DNA of 63,573 nucleotides, filler included, from Choristocarpus tenellus KU-1152 (Eukaryota > Protista > Phaeophyceae), in the NCBI GenBank assembly GCA_964200185.2. It is 10 parts of 10 records of this genome, joined end to end, with 100 filler letters (N's around TTAATTAATTAA, not from the genome) between each part and the next. Parts side by side here need not be neighbours in the genome. Positions count along the whole stretch, not along the records: positions 1 to 5,686 come from CAXNAD020010013.1; positions 5,787 to 11,700 come from CAXNAD020009431.1; positions 11,801 to 18,356 come from CAXNAD020007874.1; 7 more parts are not named here. One strand, given 5' to 3'. This document shows positions 1-13,427 of the stretch, in pieces (the stretch's first letter is position 1; the number at the start of each line of letters is the position of its first letter). A program made the translations under genes and the position numbers. The notes under the pieces were generated by a model that made no database searches, was not told the DNA's origin, and saw only the letters and a list, made by a program, of their open reading frames with translations.

Positions 1-3000
1 GTCTGTGGTTTCCACTCCCACGTTGTGGAATAATATGGTTGCTAGTTCAGCTCAATCCTTACATAATTCTTCCAGTTGAGGATGCAACATATTCTGGTAT
101 GAAATGAAATCTAGCAGATTTATGTCGTATGGTAGAATCAAAGCTCTGAAGGGATAGGACTCATGTGGTTTAAAGGGTGGACCTGTCTTGCATCGTGCGC
201 AGCCAATATAAGGTTGAATGGTCACTACAGCTGGATTGCCATAATCACTCGAAGGCACATTTTTTGGTGTTGAAAAATATTTTAGTTTGGAAGGGGGGAG
301 TAAGTCCAAAAATGATCCTATCCCGGTATTACTGGTATCAACATGTATGAAAAATCCTTTAAAACTTGGAGAAGGGCAGGACTGGAGCCACTGACAGAAA
401 TATTTTGCATTCTTCAAAAGCAGTTTGTTGTGGCAGCCTCCGTATAGATGTAGTACCACTCTTATCATTTGTCAGTATATTCCACGTGGTATGATCGTTT
501 TTGGTACTTTCCTTTGAGTATAGCAAATGAATATCACCAACAGCTCTGTACCAGTTGCAAAGTGAAGAAGGTATTTTCTCACAAATTAATGGGAACTAAG
601 AATGATTGTAGGCCAATCACTGTTTGAGGGGAGTACATTCCTAAAATAACCTGAACATGAGCTTGAGATATACTGTAGCTGTTCTATTCTGGGCTGACAT
701 CATGTCCCAAATAATATATTTTTCTGAGGCACAAAGCGCCCTGGTTGGCTTCACTAAAACCCCTACAGTTTCTAAGGTCGATAGTGCTGTTGTGATTAAT
801 TGTTGAATGTTGTGTCCAAGTTGGAGAGGTCAAAACAATATAATCTAAATATACCAATAACCCAGAGCAAGGACTGATGGTAGTAAACGTTTCAGACATG
901 AAGTGTTGAAAGAACCTCGGTGCACATTGTACTACAAATGGTATCCTCTAAATCTTCTACCATCTGTTGTGATTGAAGCAGATTTTTGTTGTTCGCATTC
1001 CCCAATTACAGTAATCGCCAATAGACCTGATTGGATATGTAGACAAGAAAACACTCCGAATCTTCCAATATCGACCAACACTATTCCATGGATGGTAAAA
1101 ACCGTTCGTTAGGTGCCAAATGATAACTAGTGATTCCTAGAAAGTCCACACAAGAGTGGAGAATTCATGAGGTTAAGCAACAATGTTAAAAAGGAATGCC
1201 CAAGGGCTTGAAGAACATTTTACTATTCCCTACTTTTCCATATTGCTTGTACATTGCGAATGATGTCGCGTACGTCATGCCATGTGATAAGGTCTACTAA
1301 CCGGTTTAGTACCTGGTTGTAGTGGAAAGTGGACAGAAATTGGGGTGTAACAGCCCAATTCATCTCCAGACAATGAGAAGACTGGTCCAATTTTTTTCAC
1401 CACAATATCTAGCAATTCCTCCTGCTCTGTTCAAGTTGGTTGTGTATTTACACAAACGCCTTCTCTAACAATAGCTTCAAATCATCCCTAGATCATTTTG
1501 GTTCTTTGGGGTTAGGCGGTTTGGGTGTATTCGTGGTGGAATCTGAGAGGGCATATGTATGTAATATGTGGGAGATACGATCTACAACAAAGTCTGCAGG
1601 TAGCTTGACCCCTTTTTTTGATAAAATGGAAATTTTGACCAAACATCCTCCACCTTCTGTCCAAACAGTGAAAATTCAACTGACCATAATATATGCTCCC
1701 AGTGGAAATGTTTTGCCCTCACCCCGTAGTAGTTCTGTGCCAGTCTTGGTGGTGGGTTTCACGAAATAATTAAGCATCCACTCCTCAAAGGGCCTGGGAA
1801 CAAACAGGAACCACGGTTTCCGTGCCAGGGGGAAGGTGCTCCTTTTTTTCTTTTGTGCAGGTATGGTGAGCTCAGGTGTGTGATCCCTGACATTGAAACA
1901 TGAGATGAAGTATTGGTCATTGATGAACTTTCGGTCTGACAATGATGTGTTGGGGGGGAAGAGATGAGAATTGGTAACATTTTGTGTGCTGCTGTAATAC
2001 CTACATCAATGTCTCTACATGGCAATTCCCTTTGCCCCGCTCTAGGACTGCCCCAAAAGCTGGCATGCTGTTCTAAAAATAAGTTGTTTCCCGACCTAGA
2101 CAACAAGCCCTATCATACCATGTATACGCCTTGTCCTACTAACTCTGAGTAAACAGAATCAACAGGGCATCCCCCTAAATTCTATCATTCCTCACTCTCT
2201 CTTTCTATGTTGTCGTGCATGGTTTCATGGGAGGAATAGTAGAGATTTCTTGCGGGTTGCACATGTTATCGTTGCCAATAAAAAGCTGACCAATCGACTC
2301 CTGATAGCAGATGTTCAAGAACACAAGACTCTGCGAGGGAAAGGTTTATTCCATGTAATTGAAATAATTCCACCAACCATAATAGTTTTTGGTGGTATAT
2401 TTACGAACCTACACCAACAATCATATATTAAGTAGTGAGAGTAGCCTCGTTTTTCGGATTTCAATAATATTTGGGATTATGATATACTACAGTATAGGAG
2501 AAAATATTTTAAAATCAAAATATTCAAGAACAGTTACAAAAAATATAGTATTGATAAGTGTTTCAAGAAAGGTTTCGACCTACTAACTCGAAACATTGTG
2601 AAGATCTGAAGACACCGAAATTGAGGAAAGAACTATACGTCTAAATGGAACTCCAAATCTCAACTTTTCCAACATTGGCAAATATTCTGAAATATTTTGG
2701 AACTATGAAACACATTACATCTGTTCTCCTCTCTCAACCTCTCCAGAACTAAAACATCAAGAAGACACGAACGAAGACAAACAACATAATCCCCACTAAC
2801 CCAAATAAACTGGATGTCGTACTTGTCCAAAGAAATATGTCTCGCACACCTTAACCTTATTATCATATTCCGTCATTAGCGCCCGCACCCAACACAAACA
2901 TGATCGAGAAGCTTATGACCCGAATTGCGGATCGAATGGGGGATACTCCAAGTTTGGGTGACGAAGGAGATTGAGTCATCGATCATAGAATTTTCCTTCA

Positions 3001-3430
3001 CTGGTAAATACTTAGTAGAGAGTGGTGTATTTTGAGTAGTCTCTTACTAATAGGAGCTGTGCGACCAACTTTCATGTTGATGCACTACTCAATTTTTGGC
3101 TTGGGTATGTCTTGGAGGGTGTTGCATTGTGGACTGGGTTCTGCAGTGTTTCTTCTCAAAGTACTAAATGACCAGTTGGGTAATAATAATGTGTTACCCA
3201 ACTATCCTGGTCCTGATGGCGTCAACCAATAGTGACACTTTGATCCTCATGTACCGATAGTTTATTACAATCAGAATTTAGTGTGAGTGAAGACAATTTT
3301 GTAACAGTGATTACAGAGTGTTTTTGGGGTCTGCAACACTCAACTGGTTTGAAATAGACGGTGTGTAGTGAATGGATGTATTTCGAGACTGCTGCGAACA
3401 ACTGCAGATCCGATGGGTTGAGAACCAAAT
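1..3430 (-). mobile_element. Degenerate Ty3/gypsy LTR retrotransposon gag-pol relic (RT and RNase H recognisable)
   Basis: Minus-strand fragments LVYLDYIVLTSPTWTQH (YLDD-type RT motif, ~830-870) and FFIHVDTSNTGIGSFL (RNase H 'DAS..GIG' motif, ~310-360) in RT->RH order; many stops and frameshifts. The upstream limit is approximate. Confidence 0.75.
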
Positions 3431-4016
3431 CTGGTAAGAATGACAGGTTAGTTGTATTAATTTATTTGAGGAAATGTTTTACATTTGTGACATGCTAGCA
3501 GGGTAGGACCTAGCGACGGTTGCAATTTGTCACATGAAGTTCTCTTGCAGATGAATGGCCTGTCTAACACGTAGAGCAAATATTATGCGATACATCCACA
3601 TGTTTGTGTGTATGCAGACTGAAGTAGAAAACCTTATATTTTTCTTGTAGTTGGTCATCAGATTTTGACGATTTAAAGTAGTACCTCCATTAGAGATATC
3701 AACCCATCAAGAATGGTAGAAAACTCAAATAGTGTTTTCTTAGATTAACATATTTTATTCAGGACCTTGGTTATAGAACGATAAGTTCTTAGGCTAAGAT
3801 TTCTGATGAGTGAAGTATATGAAAGGTACCCAGATTTGCAATTTTTGGATTGTTTTTGAGATGTCTGTCGGGATTTTCAGAATGCTGTCCAAGATTTGGA
3901 AAATATTGCTTGAAATGCAAGACGGCCACAACCTGTGTGTCTCTCGATTGGTTTGACTCGATGGTGTTGGTGGCTTGAATATTTGTCTTTGGGGTTACAA
4001 TACAGGAAAGATTAAT

Positions 4017-4538
4017 GACTCAAAGTATCTTAGAGGGTAGAGCCCTGTCCATGTTGGGACCAAAATCTAATTTAACGATTTTGATGTAGTTTTGGCTATT
4101 GTGTTTGTTAGGAAGTGTCAATATTGTTGTTCCGGACACACCTTTTCATAACGTACACATTTTACCTGCTCCGAAACATTTCAGGGTAGGAAGATGAATG
4201 GAAGTGTCTTAGGGGGTATGAGGTTTGCCCTTTTTGCCCATTTGGGGCTTGGCTTCCCATGGGTTTTTTATGACATTTTCCTACTCCAAAATGCTTAGGA
4301 GTAGGTAAAATGTATATACATTATGAAAAGGTGTGTCCGGAACATGGATATTGACACTTCCTAACAAACACGATACCCCAAATTACTTCAAAATCGCAAC
4401 ATCGGATTTTGGCCCTCAAATGGAGCGGCTCTACCCTCTAAGATACTTTCGTTCAGATGTCATAAAAAAACGTGGGAAGCCAAACCCTCAAACGAACAAA
4501 CAGGGGTAAAACTCGTACTCTTTAAGATACTTTCAGTC
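4017..4538. mobile_element. MITE family A (~255 bp) with a second family-A copy nested in opposite orientation at 4196-4454
   Basis: TIRs GA(G/C)T(C/G)AAAGTATCTTAGAGGGTA...TACCCTCTAAGATACTTT(G/C)ACTC. Inner copy is flanked by AGAT/AGAT, outer copy by AAT/AAT. Confidence 0.9.
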
Positions 4539-4959
4539 AATTGGAATTTGCAGAGGTTACAAAGTGTACATATACTTGATAATACTTTATGATGATATTA
4601 CTGAACTGTTTTGGTCATTCTTCCTTGCTTGTCAATGATCATATCTGAGGTGATCAAGCATTCGCGGTTCAGAGTTCTGTAGTATTTGAGGGTATCAGAG
4701 GTCCAAAGGGGTATTTGTTATGTACAATCTGGTGAAAGGAAACCCCCAGCATGTTAACCTCACAACACTCATTCTCAGCTAGTAAATTATATCAGCTCTG
4801 TCTCTGTCCTGAAAGTCTGGGCTGTTAACTTGTAGCTCTTCAGGATGACCTCCAATTACAAAACGGACCTTTGCACTGGATTCCTTGGAACATTATAAAT
4901 TAAATAACCGTGTATCGCCTTTATTCAACACCATCAACCCACCAATTCAGGGCTGCCTC

Positions 4960-5611
4960 GGAGGCCACTCAGTCTACTTGACTGATCTAGCCAACCCACC
5001 CTCTCGCTGCCTTTCTTTAGTCCTGGTGTGCTCTACCTCGAAGTCGTTTCCCCCCAGCGCCCTTAACATCTGATTGTACCTCTTAAACAGACTCTGCTAC
5101 ACCCTCTTGAGCGTGCCTGCATCGTACGTGTGGGACATGCTTGAACCTCCTCTACAAGTTCATCAATGGTGCCGTAACAGTTCGCCCAAACCCTGCTCTT
5201 CAGAGACGCAACCCCCCCCCCAAATCATTGATGACGAGATCTGGTGACTGTGCTGGCCGCATCATGAGCTTAATATTCCATCCCTGCTACGTTCAGCTTC
5301 TGCACTGTGCCCTTGCCCGTATGTGGGGTTGTGCTGTATGGACACCCCCCCCGATTCCAGCAACGGCATTTTTCCTTGGTCACTGGTAAAACCTACTCTG
5401 TGTACCACTCCAGGTACCACTTGGCATCAACGGTGATGTCAACCTCATACTCCTCATCCTTCGTGTGCCACGCTGTAGTCCATTGCGCCTCCTTCATGAC
5501 ACAAGCCTGCCAAACCCCAATTTTGCTCTCAAAATCATGGGAAGGATCTGGGTGCGAAGATCACTTGGGAAATGTGACTATTGTGCTGCACCTTTGTCAA
5601 GCCCACCTTTC
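4960..5611 (-). mobile_element. Tc1/mariner (plant-type DD39D-like) transposase relic
   Basis: Minus-strand translations VLPVTKEK, PAQSPDLVINDLG.VASLKS and KRYNQMLRALGGNDFEVEH match the QP.NSPDLN..DLG and GGN motifs; interrupted by MITE B at 5612. Confidence 0.8.
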
Positions 5612-5686
5612 GACCCAAAGTATCTGGGAGGTGGGGGGGGTCTACATCAGGGTGTCCATTTGGACCAAAATCAGGAAAAGTGCTTT
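5612..5686. mobile_element. MITE family B (~180-190 bp, poly-G/C TIRs); further copies at 11801-11938, 18457-18505, 22496-22551, 29497-29673, ~30230-30302, 37057-37238, 46561-46640, 54821-54897
   Basis: Termini G(A/G)(C/G)(C/T)CAAAGTATCTGGGG(n)...(C)nCAGATACTTTG(A/G)G(C/T)C, internal GTCCATTTGG motifs. The 37057-37238 copy is flanked by AATT/AATT. Confidence 0.85.
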
Positions 5687-5786
5687 NNNNNNNNNNNNNN
5701 NNNNNNNNNNNNNNNNNNNNNNNNNNNNNNTTAATTAATTAANNNNNNNNNNNNNNNNNNNNNNNNNNNNNNNNNNNNNNNNNNNN
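5687..5786. other. Artificial contig linker (also 11701-11800, 18357-18456, 22552-22651, 27317-27416, 46641-46740, 51071-51170, 54721-54820, 60955-61054)
   Basis: Identical 100-bp N44-TTAATTAATTAA-N44 spacers with stop codons in all six frames. Confidence 0.98.
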
Positions 5787-6360
5787 TGCACGAGAAGGGG
5801 AATCTCCGCATCTTCGCAGTCCGGGGGGGTATATGGCATCTTCGATGATGGCATCATCGCTGCAAGACTTCTCATACCTAGCGAGTAGGCGTCTTACAGC
5901 AGGGTTAGGGTGGGAGAAACTCTCACACCAGGCAAGGTCACCAGAGAAAAAGGGGCCATGCTCAGTGTCAGGATTACGTGAGTTGGCGCCATAGCCCTGA
6001 GTTTTGCTCGTACACAAGAGCCGCAACCCTGAATGTTGGTATGTCCCAGGTCGAATAGAGGGCTTGATTGCTCCAAACAGAGGAGCGAGCACGCGCAAGG
6101 TTTTCATCGTGCATGCTGGGGTGGACACGTCTCAGATAGGATGCATGTGTGCTTTGGTTAGAAGGTCTCACTCCTCAACCTTGTCCTCTCCTAACTACAC
6201 GTTTTTAGTATAAAATAGTATCAACAAGGTAGTCAACAATCCGCATACTACAAATGATGTCTATCTGTGTGTTTGTGACTAATACAATAATAGAGATCAT
6301 CAAAATCGAAGAAAAAAATATCCCGTGTCTTGGCGGAACCTGCAGCAAGGAGTGAAAGAG

Positions 6361-6613
6361 GAGTGGAAGTATCTTAGAGGGTACGAGTTTTGCATTTTTG
6401 GAGACTTGGCTTCCCGTGGGGGGTTTTATGACTTTTTTCCACTCCAAAATGTTTCGGAGTAGGTCAAATGTGTACGTTATGAAAAGGTTAGTCCGGAACA
6501 AGGATACTGACACTTCCTAACGAACACAGTAGTAGCCAAATTACATGAAAATCGCAACATTTGATTTTGGTCCCCAAATGGACGCGGCCCTACCCTCTAA
6601 GATACTTTGGTTC
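6361..6613. mobile_element. MITE family A copy
   Basis: Both TIRs present; perfect 4-bp TSD AGAG. Confidence 0.92.
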
Positions 6614-6874
6614 AGAGATCAAGGTAATCAGGACGGTGGGGACAGCACGGGTAGATGGTGTAGCGAATGGTGACATCTCTTTGGGTGACAGTAATCCCGG
6701 AGTTGGCCTTCCGAGCCCATTTCCTCCTTGAGAGGTACTCAGGGATCCCCAACTTAAACTAAGGGGGAACTTGAAACAGGATGACCATCCTCCCTGTATG
6801 TCTTCAGGGACAGAGGAGCAGCTGACGATGAGAGGAGCCAAGTATAATACCTAAGTTAGAGAGGGGATGCAGGA

Positions 6875-7138
6875 GTGTGAAAGTAAATTAGAGGGTACAA
6901 GTTTTTGCCCTGTTTGTCCTTTTTGGGAGGGTTGGCTTCCCGCGGGGTTTTTATGACATTTTTCTGCTCTGAAATGTTTAGGAAGTAGGTAAAATATATG
7001 CGTTAGGAAAAGGTGTGTCCAGAACATGGATATTGACACTTCCTAACAAACACATGGCCAAAATTAAATCTAAATCAGAACATTGAATTTTTGCCCCCAA
7101 ACGGATGCAGCTCTACCCTCTAAAAGATAATTTGACTC
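6875..7138. mobile_element. MITE family A copy
   Basis: Both TIRs present; flanked by GGA/GGA. Confidence 0.9.
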
Positions 7139-9459
7139 GGATCATGATGGTTTTGTCGGGGGTGGGAACCATATATCCAGTGGAAATACAGAAGGGCAGG
7201 AGGGGTCGGCACTGGTACAAGCTGACTGGAGGAGACAGGAGAACTCCCTCACGCCAACACATAAGCAGGAGTTATCGCCGGGATCCATCGGCCTGCGTTC
7301 ACCACAGGGGTTCTAAACCCGCACCCAAGTATCATAGACCGTTGCCCCATCTGCCTCTCCACAATTTAACCCATCCAACCTTTCGCTTGATCGCAACCCC
7401 TCCACATGGACTGTGCCTCTAGTCTCTACTGCCATTCTCATTCCCAATGTGTCATCCTATGACCCACATTCCACACCCAGGTCCTTCCTTCCCATTTATA
7501 TCATGTATTTGAGCATACAATCGAACCCCAGACACTCAGTCAATTCCTTTGCCACCAATCCACCTCTGGTCCCTTGGCAATCCCACCTTTCCCCCTCCTC
7601 CGCATCCCGTTCCCCTCCACCAATTTGGAACCAAATCTCTTAGATTCCGTTTCGACGCAAGACCTTGCCCCCCAGATGCTCCTGTACTCCGACCAACCTA
7701 CAACGCTATCATCTCGATTATCCATGATTGCTAATCCATCACAATATCTTGGCTTTCTGTCCCCTTTTTCTTCATGCCAGCAACTATTCTATAAAACGTC
7801 TTCCTTTCTTTTTCCTATCCCCCCGGGTGGGAGGGTTGACCATTGCTTAGTGTTTCTCCAAGCCCTCTCAAGAGTTTGGAGGGATAGTCGAGGGTTTGAT
7901 GACGACTACTCTCAATGCCCATTCACTCCCGCTGAGTCAGCCAATATATATTATGAGCAAGACCAGAACCACATCATGGATACCTACTCAATGGGTGTCA
8001 CAACCGTCAGCAAGTGGGTAGTACATAGTCACATTTCACTGCTCACCAGCTACCCTCCCCCTCCTTTCCCTCCCCCTTCCCACCTTCTTTCCCTCTCATA
8101 CCCACAGCAGTGTGGTATCCGTCTCCTATCCTTTCTTCCTGTTACCCACCTCCCCCCTACATCTCTCACCACCCACCCAGCTGCCTAACACATGTAGTCC
8201 CACTCACCCACAACTTTCCAACCACCGCCATTTCACCTGAGCCAGTCCAACACTCACCATCCACCCTACACCTGTGCCCAGTGCCACGAGGTGAGGAAAG
8301 GTTCCCTTATCACCACACCCTGCCCTTGACTCCATTCCTGCCCCTGTTGCCACGTCACCTGTATTGTGATTTCAATCAGTAGTGTAACAATATCCAAAGC
8401 CCTCACCTTCCCCTGTCCTCTTTGCAATACCAACCTTCGCCGCATTACTCTCCAAAGTTTGGTCACCACAGCAGATCCCTCATTTGCCAACACCCCCTCA
8501 ATCTGGGGTGGGTGCCCAGCCATACCTCTCACTCACCCCCCACCCCTCAAACACCCAGATCCAGTTAAGACAGGGAAGGGTAAGGGTGTGAGGGAAGCAT
8601 CCCCAAGAAGGACAGGGGGGGGGCAGTGAGGCTGGCAAGGTGCCATGCAATGGGAAACCATCTTGGGGAAGCCACACACTGTCATACTTTTTTCACTTCT
8701 TTACACAAAGGTTGGAGGGTTTTTTCATGCCCGAGTCAGGGCTAGAGTTGGGGTTGGGTTGGGGTTAACTTTTCAAAATTGTGATTGAAAAGGTGAAAAA
8801 GAGACGACAGTGGTGGACCCTTTAAAAGTAGTGGTTCCCAAGTGCGCACAGTACTCCACCGCCACAGTACGAAACCACTCCCAGAAAGTTCCTTTCCCTG
8901 GTTGGGGATATTTTCACACACAGATTAGGGTTAGGGCTAGGTTTCTGAAAATGCATCCAAAACAGTGAAACGTATATTGCAGTGGTGGCTATGCAAAGAG
9001 AGCTACTCTGATAGAGAATTTTGCTTTATGTGGTATGGATTTGTTTATTAGCGGAGTGAGCACTATCCTCCTCAAGGTGGGGGGTGGTGCTCTCCCTTGT
9101 TATCTAATTCATTCGTCATCAAACACGTAAGAAATATGTTTGAAGATGTTTGTGACAGTTACACTACGTCAGTCACTTATAAGTTCAAGTTACATTACTT
9201 CATTTACTTTTACACTATAAACCATATAGACTACTAGTCTATGTTGCACAGTGGCTCCCCAAAAGGTGGTTGGTTCCCTAGTGTATATCAAAGGTTCAAA
9301 CCAGGAGGGGGTCATCAGGACCTTGGAGATGACAATACAGGGCGTCCAGAAGGGTCCAGACATAGGATGCACAGATCCTCCTACCCCCCAAATGTGAAGG
9401 CCCAGGTCACCTAAGCTCACAGGCACACTATCAGTGGGGTGTCCATACTCACGGTACTA

Positions 9460-10500
9460 TAACATGTCTTGACAATGTGCCATTGGATAAACTAGGACGG
9501 CTAAATTTTGGTAGTGTAACGGACATCCCTGGTGGGCATTGTGAGACTCCCAAAAACTTACTCATTATTTTCTGTGAAGTGCTCCTGCAAGATAATAGTG
9601 TCTCTACTTCAGGAGGGTAAAAAATATCTCCAGGGTCTGCAAGAGCATCAAACTCCTAGGAACCATTTTAGCAGAGCCCAATGCTGTCCAATAATGGCAA
9701 GTTTTATCGGGCACAGTGGGCCACCAGAGTCAAAGTATCCTAAAGGGTACAACTGCATCCGTTTGGGGGTCAATATCCTATGTTGTAATTTTGATGTAAT
9801 ATTGGTTATTGTATTTTTAAGAAATGTCAATATCCTTGTTCTGAAAACACCGTTTCATAACATATACAATCTACCTACTCCGAAACATTTCGGAGTAAGA
9901 AAGTGTAATAACAAGTCCGTGGGAAAGCAAGCCCCAAATGGACAAACAGGGAAAAATCCGTACCCTCTAAGATACTATCACTCACCATGGAGCATAGAAG
10001 AATTGACCTTTTTGCTGCTTGATCGAGCTCAGAGAGAAACTTCATGTCATTTATCTACAGAGGAGTAGGCTTCCAGGCCGTAGAAGGCAGCTGCACTTGA
10101 TGACTATCATGGAGGCATCTCCAAAGGGAGAGTGTGTCCTTCTGTGAACCCTCCTTGCCAGGAAATGAGGTCACTTTATATGTGCTTGTCTTCAAGCACT
10201 CAACAAAGAACCCTTACTCGTGGTGGCCAAGGAGAAGTCCTGAGGACAGTATTAATAGTACTGCCTTTCAGGAGAGCGCACCACTGCTTTTCTTACAATG
10301 CCGAAGTCTCGGTAGGACCTCCATGTTACAGCACGCTCCATAGCTTACCTCCACGGAATGTATGGCTCCATTCCACAAGCCTACAGATGGCGCTGATGTA
10401 CATATAGGACTCCTGATGCACAAGTTTTCAAATATGCTGGATCTCCCACTTGGATTATTGCCTTCTTAAGTATCAATATCATATAAAAAGGAACTCGTCA
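9460..10500 (+). mobile_element. Possible highly decayed LTR-retrotransposon integrase region
   Basis: Weak HHCC-like remnant near 9520-9650 and an integrase C-terminal-like segment near 10170-10330; heavily frameshifted. Confidence 0.3.
9727..9983. mobile_element. MITE family A copy
   Basis: GAGTCAAAG...ATCACTC; perfect 4-bp TSD ACCA. Confidence 0.92.
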
Positions 10501-12094
10501 ACGATGTCTTATCACAATCAGAGACCAAAATGATCAAATAATAAATAGTCAAGAAGGACAAATATATACAATCTAGGACTTCAAGGGCATAATGGCGTTT
10601 ATGAACCCATCATGGGGTTGATTCGATTGCCTGAGGTTGTTGTGGTTCAGGAACGACTCGTGAGCATGGGGGGGCCTTCCATTTTACACTTCTTGTGTGT
10701 TAGACTGTGAAGTGTCGTAGTGGCTACTCCCTTCATCCTGCCCCCACTCCTACTTGTTTCTGTGCTGTTCTTGGACTACAGATTGTTGGTTTATTTGCAG
10801 GTCTTGAGCAGTGGTCAACCATGTGCCTATGTCATTGTGTACATTCGAATATATCATCCTTTGAAAGTTTATGCTTACACAGTTGATAACGTTTGTGTGT
10901 TGACATGTGTGTCCTGGCAACAAGCTCTCTTCTGAGTCATTGCTCCTAAGGATAAGACAGGTTTCTCTGGAGATACATGTCGTTAGTATTGTATAGCACA
11001 GCAATATGTTGCATGTGCTCTTCCTTGGTATCTCCAAGGGCCCCTGTACACCTAAGCAAATATTGCAAGTCTTGAACACCACGCACAGATACCTTACTTT
11101 CAAATTTGGACCCACAAAACTGCCTCTACTACCTGAACCAGTGTCTCAGTGTATTCTGTCCCTGATTCGACCTGCTCAGGAAAATTGGCATCGAAATTGA
11201 TCAGATACCCCTGGGAGTGAGTGCATGATGTAACCAACAAACCCAGTAGGCAGCAATACATTGTAATGTCCTTACAACTTGACGAATGAACACTAAAGCC
11301 AATCGGGATGTCTATTGCAGTGCTCTACTTGAGGTGGCCTGCAGACACAGACCATGGGTGCAACAGCACCTCTCCAGTACTTCTCCTCAACCTTTTCGCC
11401 GTTGTCTTATGGCAGTTGCGGTATACCTCCTTGTTAAGAATATGCTTTTTATTCATATGCAAAATATGATTCTGTGGGAGAAACATTTAGTTGTTGAAGT
11501 ATTGTTGGATAATGATGAAAATATTGTCCGCGGGTTATTATAATATAGCCCGATAGTATGTCTTTGTTAGGTGACAAATAAAATATTGTGTGCGGGTTAT
11601 TTTAGTACAACGCATTGAATGACGGGTTATTAGAGGATATGTGAATCGTAAGGTGATGACCCCCTTTGAGCTTGGAGGCTCACTCTCCTTTCTTACACCT
11701 NNNNNNNNNNNNNNNNNNNNNNNNNNNNNNNNNNNNNNNNNNNNTTAATTAATTAANNNNNNNNNNNNNNNNNNNNNNNNNNNNNNNNNNNNNNNNNNNN
11801 GTGTCCATTTGGGCCAAAACCAGGGAAAGTGCACTTACATTATCCATCCAACTTATGCAACAAATCGCCCAAAATTGTGACATGAAAAAATTGACCCCAA
11901 CTGGACAGTCGCCACCCCCCCCCCAAGATACTGAGCTCGTTCACCCTTCGAGCAGCCTACGCTGGAGCGTCCATGAATGACCAATATAGCAACCACACCG
12001 TCATGATTTAGCGCCTTCGGCGGATGGTTGCGACTTTCATCCGTTCACGTAGGATGTATTAGCATGTGGCTGATATGATGGTGTACCCAAGTGG

Positions 12095-12795
12095 TTGTAT
12101 TTGTTACCTTTACAACCGTGTACACACCAGCTTGCAGATGGTGGTGCCACCAACATTTCAAATACGATGCCGTGTATTAATTACTTTTTCAACCATGTAC
12201 ACACCAGCTGGCAGCAGTGGTATTACCAACATTTTCAAACCCAATGCCCTGTATTTGTTTGCGTTTCCAACCGTGTACACACCACCTGTCAGCAATGGTA
12301 ATACCAACATTTTCAGCTTCGATGCCCTGTATTTATTTGCGTTTCCAACCGTGTACACACCAACTGTCAGCGGTGGGAACACCAACATTTTCAAATTCAA
12401 TACCCTATATTTGTTACCTTCATAACCTTGTACTCACCAGCTTCGGATGGTGGTGTCACAAATTTTTGCAAAGCCGATGCCTTGTATTTATTTGCATTTC
12501 CAACCATGTACACACCAGCTGTCAGCAGTAGTAATACCAACATTTTCAAACCCGATGCCCTGTATTTATTTGCGTTTCCAACCGTGTACACACCAACTGT
12601 CAGCGGTGGGAACACCAGCATTTTCAAATTCAGTACCCCGTATTTGTTACCTTTATAACCGTGTACTCACCAGCTTCAGATGGTGATGTCGCAAATATTT
12701 TCAAATCGGATGCCCTGTATTTATTTGCGTTTCCAACCGTGTACACACCAGCTGTCAGCAGTGGTAATACCAACATTTTCAGATTCGATGCTCTA
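12095..12795. repeat. Tandem array of ~9 copies of a 77-78-bp monomer with higher-order structure
   Basis: ACC(G/A/T)TGTAC anchor at 12115, 12192, 12270, 12348, 12425, 12503, 12581, 12658, 12736. Confidence 0.95.
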
Positions 12796-13065
12796 TGTTA
12801 GAGGGCACGAGTTTTTCGCTGGTTGTCCTTTGGTGCTTGGCTGCCCACGGGTTTTCAAGGACATTGTACTACTTACTCCAAATGTTTTGGAGAAGTACAA
12901 TGTCTGCATTATGGAAAGGAGTGTTCGGAAAAAGGACATTGACATCTCCAAACAATAGTGATGGCAAAAATTACAGCAAAAATTACAGCAAAAATTACAG
13001 CAAAAATGCAACATTTGAATTCGGCCGCCAAATGGACGCGGCTCTACCCCTAAGATATTTCGAAC
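12795..13065. mobile_element. MITE family A copy (left end eroded) with an internal 12-bp triplication GCAAAAATTACA
   Basis: Body and right TIR match family A. Confidence 0.85.
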
Positions 13066-13427
13066 AGTACCCATGATACCAACCCTAGCCCTAACCAAAA
13101 TAAATCACGTACATTTTGAACACTAATCCCAATCCGCCATTTACAGATTTCACCTCGCATCGAACACGTCAACATAGAATCAATTCAACGGCTTAAGTCG
13201 GAAAGGACTACAGCGAATTTGTTGGCCGAACCTTATTCCAAAATTGGAACATGTGTTGCAGTCACATATGTTGGGAGTAATCAGACAACTGATCCGAATT
13301 AGAAGCAAGGTTCCACGATGCAATTTTCACGCACCATAACATCCGTCTATCCAGGATTACGTGGTCACACCTTCGCACATGTAAGGGCTCCGATACCATT
13401 GGAACATTTCCAATAAGGTTCGTATCG

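Larger units (their letters stand above)
5787..7340 (-). pseudogene. Decayed gene with ParB/Srx-like motifs, interrupted by two family-A MITEs
   Basis: After removing the MITEs one frame reads MCWREGVLLSPPVSLY...NLGIILGSSHRQLLL...FKLGIPEYLSRRKWARK...VTIRYTIYP, with internal stops. The open frame at 5787-6128 probably continues it. Confidence 0.5.

Noticed and set aside
5731-5742. TTAATTAATTAA as a biological motif, and ORFs running into Ns
   Set aside because: Artificial linker; adjacency across linkers carries no biological meaning.
12066-12958. Repetitive ORFs (26-aa units) across the satellite
   Set aside because: A by-product of a 78-bp period; 77-bp units shift frame and ORFs occur on both strands.
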